From: Gemmatimonadota bacterium
GTDB lineage: Bacteria > Gemmatimonadota > Gemmatimonadetes > Gemmatimonadales > GWC2-71-9
Length of the DNA stretch: 64,000 bases
Reading direction: 5' to 3'
Assembly (NCBI GenBank): GCA_036679605.1
Contig: JAZDCZ010000091.1
Coordinates: 1-64,000 of the forward strand
Below are positions 18,629 to 25,548 of this stretch, piece after piece; the first letter of the stretch is position 1; each line of letters begins with the position of its first letter. The notes beneath the pieces were generated by a model. It was not told the origin of the DNA. It saw nothing but the letters and a program-made list of their open reading frames with translations, and did not search any database. The position numbers and the translations under genes are program-made.

Positions 18629-19317
18629 TGTGCTCTAGGAATGCGGTCATTGTGCGTGCTAGTGGGCTATTGAGAACCGGCAGCATCGTCCTTCTGGTTC
18701 TACAGTTCGCAGCGTGCCGAAGTGCAAAGAAACAGGACGATGCCACTCCGCATACTTCTCGCGACCTGGCCTGCGATCCTGCAGAAGTGGTCGCGGTGAG
18801 TTCCGGAGACAAACAGGTCGCGGTTGTAGATCTAGATTGCGACGGTGTAAGTGACAGCGTGACAGTTACGTGGAAGATACACGAGACTGGGCGCCGTCCG
18901 ACTCTTACCGTGCACGGCTCTTTAGGTGGTGAGATATCGACGGAAGGAGATTTTCTTCCAGAGCTTGTTTCCTTCGGCGACCTCGACAGTGACGGAATGC
19001 GAGACATACTCGTTGTTAGCGTCACTGAGTCGAGTGTGTTCGCTGAAGTCGTCATGGTTCACCGTGACGGGGATCTCAGTCTAGTGACTTTTCCTAGCCT
19101 TTCGTTGCGCCGAGCAATGCAATACCGGTTCCACGACGTAGGGTGGAGTTCGGGGTGCCTTGGCACTCTCATGCCTCGGCTGGAGCGATTAGGTACGGGA
19201 GGTCTTGCAGTGTCGTTGGCTACTGGAGACTACCGTCGGGAGGGTGACTGTGCACGCGCTCGTCGTCAGATATTGCGCGTCGTAGACCAGCGCTTTGAAC
19301 CGGTTGAGGAACGCTGA
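18628..19317 (+). CDS. Lipoprotein immunity protein for CT6
   Basis: Lipobox FAAC; DLDCDG and DLDSDG loops. Confidence 0.72.
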   Translation: MCSRNAVIVRASGLLRTGSIVLLVLQFAACRSAKKQDDATPHTSRDLACDPAEVVAVSSGDKQVAVVDLDCDGVSDSVTVTWKIHETGRRPTLTVHGSLGGEISTEGDFLPELVSFGDLDSDGMRDILVVSVTESSVFAEVVMVHRDGDLSLVTFPSLSLRRAMQYRFHDVGWSSGCLGTLMPRLERLGTGGLAVSLATGDYRREGDCARARRQILRVVDQRFEPVEER

Positions 19318-19377
19318 GTTCGATGCCGGAGCTATGTGAGCACATCCCGGCTTCGCTGGGCTGTGTGTTTTTGGTAG

Positions 19378-19442
19378 CTACGCCGTGCGCCGTCGTGACT
19401 CGACGAGTGCGTCGACGAACTTGAGGACAGCTCGCTGATCTG
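19378..19442 (-). pseudogene. 65-bp 3' remnant of the element XRE
   Basis: Encodes DQRAVLKFVDALVESRRRTA*. Confidence 0.85.
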
Positions 19443-19443
19443 A

Positions 19444-20107
19444 GAGCCGCGGATAAGAACGCGGATAGACGCGGATCTTTCGTACCTGCCCGTGGGTTGC
19501 ACGACATTACCAGCCTCTGGAACTCTGCGCGTCTCCCAAAATTGAGCCGCAGATAATTACGCTGATGCACGCGGATGTTTCGTACCTGGCTGCGGGTTGC
19601 GCGACATTACCAGCCTCCGGAACTCTGCACGTCTCCCAAAATTGAGCAATAAGCCAACTTCGAGTTTCGTGGCGCGCAAATAGTTGAGCACTTGCGCCGT
19701 GTGGGAAGGCTCTAGCTGTGCGAGCGCTTTGATCTCGACCAGTACCTTGTGTTCCACAATGAGGTCTGTGCGAAATCGAGCGATTGGAAGGCCGCGATAA
19801 CGGACTTCGGCTGGGGTTTCGGTGTCGACGAGAAGACTGGAGGCCCGGAGATCGTGTGCGAGGGCCCGCTGATAGACTCGCTCGGCGAAGCCTCGGCCGA
19901 GTGTGTTGAAGACCTCATAGAATGATCCGATTATATTGTGGGTGATGGCGGCGTGGGGCAAGTTGGGGTGCAGGGTTGGCGGTTCGTTCATGGACCGAAT
20001 ATGGTGCCCTCTGCGCGAATTGCGGTATCGATTTTTTGCGCAGTGAAGCCTTTTCCCGCATTGGAGTGCGGTTAATCCGCGTTAATCCGCGCACCAATCC
20101 GTGGCCC
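19444..20107. mobile_element. GxxExxY gene bounded by inverted GCGGAT repeat ends
   Basis: Left end GAGCCGCGGATAAGAACGCGGATAGACGCGGAT; right end ATCCGCGTTAATCCGCGCACCAATCCGTGGCCC. Confidence 0.6.
19557..19991 (-). CDS. GxxExxY protein (PD-(D/E)xK nuclease fold)
   Basis: LGRGFAERVY, RTDLIVE..VEIK, QVLNYL and GLLLNFG motifs. Confidence 0.92.
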   Translation of the reverse strand: MNEPPTLHPNLPHAAITHNIIGSFYEVFNTLGRGFAERVYQRALAHDLRASSLLVDTETPAEVRYRGLPIARFRTDLIVEHKVLVEIKALAQLEPSHTAQVLNYLRATKLEVGLLLNFGRRAEFRRLVMSRNPQPGTKHPRASA

Positions 20108-20108
20108 G

Positions 20109-20672
20109 GAAGACCCGATCGGGCTGGCCGGTGGGCTCAACCTGTATGGGTTTGCAAATGGGGATCCGGTTAATTTCAGTGATCCGTTTGGGTTGTGTAA
20201 GGACAAGGACGGTGAAGAGCTGCCGGCGGATCAGTGTCGAGACGCAACCAAGCAGGAAGGCAAAGCGACCTACACAGCTGCGGTCGCAATGGGTTCGTGG
20301 ACGTGGACGATGGGGAGAGAGGGTGAGCCGGCAAAGGACGTGGCGAACCAGGTTGGCGACTGCACCGACTACTGCGAGTCTGCTCACCGAGGCGCGGGAC
20401 TTCCCGGCTTGGATCCGCGGCCAGCGACATCCGGGTTCGCCTCTTCCTCGGACTACCGCGCTTTGGGATCGGAAGCCCCCCAAGCTGGCGATGTGATCGT
20501 TCAGGGTGGGCATGCCGGCATTTTCAGCGGGCAGTACGATAGTCAGGACAGACCACTCGGAATCCAGAACGGCGGCAGTGGAACGAAGGTGATTCCCTGG
20601 GGCCCCAATGTCTCTGGACTCGCCAAGGTGAACCCCGTGTTCTACCGGCGCCAGGTTCCAAAGAACCCCTAG
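20109..20672 (+). CDS. Orphan Rhs tip CT7: NlpC/P60-like cysteine peptidase/amidase
   Basis: EDPIGLAGG..; GDCTDY and GDVIVQGGHAGIF give a Cys-His dyad. Confidence 0.82.
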   Translation, partial: EDPIGLAGGLNLYGFANGDPVNFSDPFGLCKDKDGEELPADQCRDATKQEGKATYTAAVAMGSWTWTMGREGEPAKDVANQVGDCTDYCESAHRGAGLPGLDPRPATSGFASSSDYRALGSEAPQAGDVIVQGGHAGIFSGQYDSQDRPLGIQNGGSGTKVIPWGPNVSGLAKVNPVFYRRQVPKNP

Positions 20673-20687
20673 CCGCACGGAGCAAGC

Positions 20688-21212
20688 ATGAAGACGAAAT
20701 CGACACTAGCGGCAGTGATACTTATACTTACAGCTTGCAGTTCTGCAGGAGAGAGCCAGATGCGGGCGGAAGCTGCGAGAAGTCTAGTCAAACAATTCGT
20801 AGACGCCGAGATGGATGGTGATTCAGAAACGGCGTGGGCACTCCTGACGGGATGTGACGTCTTGCCAACGGCCGACTACATCGAGCCGACGCTCTCATAC
20901 GAGATTCTGGATGCTATCGAACAGAATGGGCGAGTCACGATCCCAGTACGGTACGTAGTTCTAGGGAAGGCATGGTCGTATGACGTCCGGCAGGTCGGGC
21001 AGCACAACTGGCGATTTGTGCCCGACGTCCGCGTCGATACCGTTGAATTCTCCATCGACGATGATCGCGAGGGGCCATTGAGGATAGTCTGCGCCTACCT
21101 CCCGCCGATACATGATGCGGCTATGCAGATGGCAGGAACGATTGAGCGGTTTGATGAAGAATCACGGGCGGCTTGGGAGGATGCGATGCGAAAAGCGCGG
21201 GAGCTACGGTAA
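20688..21212 (+). CDS. Lipoprotein immunity protein for CT7
   Basis: Lipobox LTAC. Confidence 0.75.
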   Translation: MKTKSTLAAVILILTACSSAGESQMRAEAARSLVKQFVDAEMDGDSETAWALLTGCDVLPTADYIEPTLSYEILDAIEQNGRVTIPVRYVVLGKAWSYDVRQVGQHNWRFVPDVRVDTVEFSIDDDREGPLRIVCAYLPPIHDAAMQMAGTIERFDEESRAAWEDAMRKARELR

Positions 21213-21233
21213 CCTGCGCTGGTGCGACTGCTG

Positions 21234-21605
21234 CTACGCAGAGCGCCGTCGTGATTCGACGAGGGCGTCGACGAACTTGAGGACGGCGCGTTGATCTGAC
21301 TGGGGCAGTTTTTCTACCTGCTGGATCCGTTTCATGAGCCTCGCCTTTTTCGGTGAGGCTTTTGGTTTCATGGGTTTCAATCCAAGTAGCCCGTCGGCGG
21401 AAACCTTGAGCGCGATTGCCAGGTCGGCGAGCAACGCGCCGGGCGGTTGAGCATCCTGTGTTTCGTAGTAGGCGATGACCCGCTGTGACACATCGACCAT
21501 GTGACCCAACTCGGCCTGTGTAACGTCCCGGGTCCGCCGGAGGTCTGCCAACCGCGGGCCAAAGCCTTCGATGGTCCGCTGCTTCATCTGCAACACCTCG
21601 CTCAT
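21234..21605 (-). CDS. XRE regulator, intact paralogue of 3570-3971
   Basis: EGFGPRLADLRR..TQAELG..DQRAVLKFVDALVESRRRSA. Confidence 0.88.
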   Translation of the reverse strand: MSEVLQMKQRTIEGFGPRLADLRRTRDVTQAELGHMVDVSQRVIAYYETQDAQPPGALLADLAIALKVSADGLLGLKPMKPKASPKKARLMKRIQQVEKLPQSDQRAVLKFVDALVESRRRSA

Positions 21606-21720
21606 GTCGTGACCTCCGAAGGGTAAGGGTGGTATCCGGTAACGGTGCGTCTGACTTGGACAGTTGGCGATACAGCCTGCGTGCCTTGGCAATGGAGGGA
21701 GCCGAGCTTAGACTGATACC

Positions 21721-21957
21721 ATGCCGACGGTCCTCCGGACTGGCCCTTACCGATTCTTCTTCTATTCCGCCGATCGGGAGGAGCCGCCGCATGTGCACGT
21801 CGAGCGCGACGACTGCCGGGCGAAATTCTGGCTTGACACGGTCCGGCTGCACGACAGTACGGCGTTCCAACGCCCCGAACTTGGGCGCCTGGAGGGGATA
21901 GTGCAGAGGCATCACGACGAGTTGCTGAGAGCATGGCATGACTTCTTCGCCGCTTGA
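21721..21957 (+). CDS. DUF4160 protein (putative TA component)
   Basis: YRFFFYSAD.EPPHVHV..AKFWL. Confidence 0.88.
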   Translation: MPTVLRTGPYRFFFYSADREEPPHVHVERDDCRAKFWLDTVRLHDSTAFQRPELGRLEGIVQRHHDELLRAWHDFFAA

Positions 21958-22243
21958 ACTCCGGTCAGGGGTGGCTCAGACCGTCACGGTGACCGACGAG
22001 GCCCTGGTCGTCGACTTGGTGGATGGGCGAACTGTCTCTGTGCCGCTCATGTGGTTCCCCCGCCTCCTGCATGGCACACCTGCCGAGCGCGGCGAGTGGC
22101 GCTTGATCGGGCGCGGCGAGGGCATTCACTGGCAACGACTCGACGAGGATATCAGCGTCGACAGTCTGCTGGCGGGGCGCGCGTCTGGCGAGGCTCAGGC
22201 TTCGCTTCAACGTTGGCTCGAGAACCGCAAGGCTGCTGGCTGA
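21938..22243 (+). CDS. DUF2442 protein (putative TA component)
   Basis: DGRTVSVPL.WFPRL..GIHW..LDEDISV. Confidence 0.88.
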   Translation: MTSSPLELRSGVAQTVTVTDEALVVDLVDGRTVSVPLMWFPRLLHGTPAERGEWRLIGRGEGIHWQRLDEDISVDSLLAGRASGEAQASLQRWLENRKAAG

Positions 22244-22292
22244 AGTTACGTTAACTGGGGCCGCGGATGATCGATCTGGGGCCTGGGGGCAC
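22243..22292 (+). repeat. Copy of the right half of the post-recombinase site (8237 onward)
   Basis: 34-bp identity: AAGTTACGTTAACTGGGGCCGCGGATGATCGATC. Confidence 0.9.
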
Positions 22293-22457
22293 CGAACGAC
22301 GACTCGGTGCGTGACTGACTGCGTTTGGGCATTGCGGTGGGGTGCCGGTGGCCAGAGTGAACTCAAGTAGAGCGCTCTCGCAAGTGCAGCTGGTGGATCG
22401 CGGCTAAAGCCGCACGAGCAAGAGAAGATTCCGTCCCCACCACCCGCGAAGCGCGCC

Positions 22458-22513
22458 CCACTCCCCCTCAAGAGTGCACGTCGGCGATTTTCAGTGCATA
22501 TTACGATCAAAAC
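22458..22513 (+). repeat. Cassette leader L8 (5' part only)
   Basis: Truncated at the same point as L6, then TGTGCCGCGGATA. Confidence 0.9.
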
Positions 22514-22516
22514 TGT

Positions 22517-22666
22517 GCCGCGGATAAGAACGCGGATAGACGCGGACAACAGCTCTGGTCGACCGTAGGCTCCGCCCTGGCGGCCTGGCTTGCTGTAGGC
22601 CTGCTGCATGCACGTAGCAGGTTTACGGAGTCGATTCGCGTTAAATCCGCGCAACAATCCGCGGCC
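22517..22666. mobile_element. Gene-less GCGGAT-ended element (MITE-like)
   Basis: GCCGCGGAT..ATCCGCGGC inverted ends; interior similar to 22708-22941. Confidence 0.55.
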
Positions 22667-22667
22667 T

Positions 22668-22707
22668 GTATTATGATCCGGCTACCGGTAGATTTACGCA
22701 GGAAGAC
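22668..22707 (+). pseudogene. Rhs core fragment YYDPATGRFTQED
   Basis: Near-identical to about 70-108; separated from CT8 by an insertion. Confidence 0.85.
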
Positions 22708-22941
22708 GAGCCGCGGATAGCAACGCGGATAGACGCGGATAACAACTCTGGTCGGCCGAAGACTCCGCCCTGGCGGCCTGGATTGTTGTAGTTCTGCGGC
22801 ATGCACGTAGCAGCCACGGATGATGGCGCGGATTGACAGGGCAGCGCGAGGACTTTCGTTCAGTTGTACTGGGAGCCGTGTGCTTTTCGCGTGCGAGATG
22901 GCCCGAAATCCGCGTTCATCCGCGCAACAGATCCGCGGCCC
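22708..22941. mobile_element. 234-bp GCGGAT-ended insertion in the Rhs core, flanked by GGAAGAC direct repeats
   Basis: GGAAGAC at 22701-22707 and 22942-22948; inverted ends. Confidence 0.7.
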
Positions 22942-22942
22942 G

Positions 22943-23509
22943 GAAGACCCGATCGGGCTGGCCGGCGGGCTCAACCTGTATGGGTTTGCCAACGGGGATC
23001 CGGTTAATTTCAGTGATCCGTTTGGGCTGAAAGCGTGTGATCCGCCGGACGATCCAAGCTGCACGGGTGGTGAGGCTTCGACGGCTTCCGAAGCAGCTGG
23101 TAAGGTCGTCGACTTCCTTGAATCCCTTCCTGGAAAGGCCGTTTCACTCCTTGCTGAAGGGGTGGGTGCGTTCGGCCGGATTCTAAGCTCGGTGGTTCCT
23201 GGGGTTGGGAACGCGGCGGCTGCGGCGACTGGCATCGATCCTGAAGGGAACCGCCTAGGTAATCTAGCCCGAGCAGCAGCTGTGGGAGCTGCTGTCACGG
23301 AGGTCGTACTTACTAGACCCACGCCCGGCGGCGACGGAGGGATTTCTCGACATGTCCTAGAAAAGGTGGGAGGTCGAACTAACCGCGTTATCCATCAGGT
23401 CGAACGAGCTGGAGGGATCGTGCACCAACATACGACTCACGTCGGTAAGTATGGGGGATTAAGGCGCTTTCCAGACAAGTGGACGGGAATACCAACCATC
23501 AAGAGGTGA
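22943..23509 (+). CDS. Orphan Rhs tip CT8: Ala/Gly-rich segment plus His-rich basic domain (possible nuclease)
   Basis: EDPIGLAGG..SDPFGL|KAC; GGDGGISRH..HQV..HQH..H. Confidence 0.78.
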   Translation, partial: EDPIGLAGGLNLYGFANGDPVNFSDPFGLKACDPPDDPSCTGGEASTASEAAGKVVDFLESLPGKAVSLLAEGVGAFGRILSSVVPGVGNAAAAATGIDPEGNRLGNLARAAAVGAAVTEVVLTRPTPGGDGGISRHVLEKVGGRTNRVIHQVERAGGIVHQHTTHVGKYGGLRRFPDKWTGIPTIKR

Positions 23510-23513
23510 CGAT

Positions 23514-23810
23514 ATGGGATCGGATCTCGAACCGTTCATCGTCGACGTCATAGAGATGAGCCAGCGAGTGATTAGTGAATTCCGATCAACGCTGGCAGCA
23601 CTCGGTTTGGACGCAGACGTGCCTCAAGTGAGCCGTTCTCCCCATGGCGTAGAGATCGTCTCCTATGTGCGCCGCCAGGGAGATATTGAGGATGCCATTG
23701 AGTTTGCGGCGGTCGAGAATGACCGGGTCACTTACTCCGTGAGAGAACTAGAGAAGTGGCTTCGTAACGCGCTGGACGATGTCGTCCGCAGAGCGGTTGA
23801 GGGAGCGTGA
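23514..23810 (+). CDS. Acidic cytoplasmic immunity protein for CT8
   Basis: Starts 4 bp after the toxin stop; no signal peptide. Confidence 0.7.
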   Translation: MGSDLEPFIVDVIEMSQRVISEFRSTLAALGLDADVPQVSRSPHGVEIVSYVRRQGDIEDAIEFAAVENDRVTYSVRELEKWLRNALDDVVRRAVEGA

Positions 23811-23833
23811 GGATTGTCGTCGGCTACTGGAGA

Positions 23834-23909
23834 GGCTCTGGGCCTGGGATCACAAAGATCGACTCTCGGGTTAGCTCTACTAATCTGGGCAATCCCAGTA
23901 CACGCGCGA
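23834..23909 (+). repeat. Isolated copy of an internal piece of CT3 (11653-11728)
   Basis: 71 of 76 bases identical by manual alignment. Confidence 0.9.
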
Positions 23910-24172
23910 AGGCCGCAGTGCGATAGCCACCGAGCGGTCTGCCAGCGCCAGTTTCTATGGGGCGGATGAGAAGCTGATGTTTCAGCAGTCGAATAACGAC
24001 TCACTGGACGTGTAGGGTACTCCTCAGCAGGCGGCGTGGTGCGTATCAGGAGTACTAGTACGAGGCGAGCCGCGGGGCCCGAAGCCTTCCTCGCGCTTCA
24101 TCGTTCGTCGGCTAGCCCAGTCGCCCCGTTGCTTTGATGAACCGGACTTGACCACGTCGCCTCCCCATGTGA

Positions 24173-24186
24173 TCTTACCAGTAAGA
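24173..24186. promoter_or_regulatory. Candidate AbrB-antitoxin operator
   Basis: TCTTAC-CA-GTAAGA palindrome upstream of the gene. Confidence 0.5.
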
Positions 24187-24207
24187 ATACGAACGAGGAA
24201 ACCGGCT

Positions 24208-24471
24208 ATGGCATCGGTAGCGACGACAAGACTGTCCTCCAAGGGACAGGTGGTCATCCCTGAGGAGATCCGGCGGCGTCTGGGCCTGGAGACCGGTGCC
24301 CAGTTCGTCGTAGTGGGGGAGGGGGACGTTGTGGTACTGAAGGCGGTGCAGCCGCCGTCGATGCGGCAGTTCGACGACGTGATGCGGGCGGCGCGTAAGG
24401 CGGCCCGCCGCGCGTGTATGAAGCGTCGCGATGTTGCCGATGCGGTTCGCAAGGCGCGACGCTCGACGTGA
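24208..24471 (+). CDS. AbrB/MazE-family antitoxin
   Basis: LSSKGQVVIPEEIRRRLGL. Confidence 0.9.
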   Translation: MASVATTRLSSKGQVVIPEEIRRRLGLETGAQFVVVGEGDVVVLKAVQPPSMRQFDDVMRAARKAARRACMKRRDVADAVRKARRST

Positions 24472-24872
24472 GGGTAGTAATCGACACCAACGTACTGGTG
24501 TCGGGCGTTTTCTTCGGAGGTGTGCCGGGTCGGATTCTCGAAGCGTGGCGAGACGGGAAACTCGCACTCGTTGTGTCGCCTGCGATCCTCGAGGAATACG
24601 AGCGTGTGGGCGCTGTGCTTGCCGTGCAGTATGAAGGAGCGGAACTGGAGCCGTTTCTCGCGCTTGTCGCTGTGCACGCGGATGTCGTCCAAGCCGCTCC
24701 TCTGGCGGAGGGTCTCTGCGCCGATCCCGATGACGACATGTTTATGGCGTGTGCCCTAGCCGGTGCGGCGACCGTTGTGGTGTCGGGGGATAAGGCGCTT
24801 CGGAGGGTATCTGGCTGGAACGGGATCGAGGTGCTTGCTCCGAGAGCATTCGCCGACCGCTACCTGAGCTGA
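24468..24872 (+). CDS. PIN-family toxin
   Basis: VVIDTNVLVS, DPDDDMF and VSGDKAL motifs. Confidence 0.9.
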   Translation: MRVVIDTNVLVSGVFFGGVPGRILEAWRDGKLALVVSPAILEEYERVGAVLAVQYEGAELEPFLALVAVHADVVQAAPLAEGLCADPDDDMFMACALAGAATVVVSGDKALRRVSGWNGIEVLAPRAFADRYLS

Positions 24873-24951
24873 TGGGTCAGCTAGGCAGCACCTCAATCCG
24901 TCGAGCACCATTGCGAAGCGGCCGCAACGGCGGGCTGGACCTATATGGGTT

Positions 24952-24981
24952 GGTGGGTTCGATTCCCACACGCTCCCGCCA
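24952..24981 (+). other. 3' fragment of a tRNA (Sec-like); probable att site ending the island
   Basis: GGTGGGTTCGATTCCCACACGCTCCCGCCA gives a T-arm, acceptor strand and GCCA end; the matching 5' strand GGGAGCG is not found just upstream. Confidence 0.65.
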
Positions 24982-25008
24982 CAACGACGATTTCGCAGTA
25001 TCTTTGCC

Positions 25009-25548
25009 GTGATGAGGCAGCTCAGTTTCTTGCGCGTTGTGGCGATCGCGATCTTCCTGACAATGGCCCTCTGGTCTAGTGCGCTAGCCCAGGTACGGAC
25101 CAATCTGCCACCGCAACAGAGACGTCCGGATCCCCGGGACACGATTCCCGTTCCAGCCTTCAGGTTTGAGCCGCCGGTCGCTCCGCTCGCTGCGCTCGGG
25201 CGCTCCATGTTGTTGCCTGGGTGGGGGCAGGCGGTGCTCGGCAGGAGAGTTACCGGAGCGGTCTTCGTGTTCTGGGAGGGGCTTACTCTCACCATGACTC
25301 TCAAAGCAGCACACCAGCTCAACTTTCAAGAGGACACCGACGCGGAAACGGTCGATGACAAACGGGATGAGGTGCAGGATTGGTTGGTCCTACTGGTATT
25401 CAACCACCTCATGTCCGGCATGGAGGCGTTTGTGGCCGCCCATCTGTGGGATTTCCCGACGGAGCTGGAGGCGCGGGCGCTGCCGGGGGGCCGCGTAGGG
25501 ATGGGGCTCTCACTCTATTGGTCGGCCCCTGGCCTCAAGGTCAATTGA
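25009..25548 (+). CDS. Membrane or exported hypothetical protein (DUF5683-like)
   Basis: RSMLLPGWGQ motif; signal peptide. Confidence 0.65.
   Translation: MMRQLSFLRVVAIAIFLTMALWSSALAQVRTNLPPQQRRPDPRDTIPVPAFRFEPPVAPLAALGRSMLLPGWGQAVLGRRVTGAVFVFWEGLTLTMTLKAAHQLNFQEDTDAETVDDKRDEVQDWLVLLVFNHLMSGMEAFVAAHLWDFPTELEARALPGGRVGMGLSLYWSAPGLKVN

Noticed and set aside
1437..22513. Leader repeats as a CRISPR array
   Set aside because: The repeats are 140 bp, separated by kilobases of genes, and no cas genes are seen.
22820..22942. In-frame N-terminal extension giving CT8 its own start
   Set aside because: The extension lies in the repeat insertion with no clear RBS; probably a chance open frame.
1..24981. 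Diversity-generating retroelement or retron behind tip variation
   Set aside because: No reverse transcriptase is present and no adenine-specific TR/VR pair is seen.
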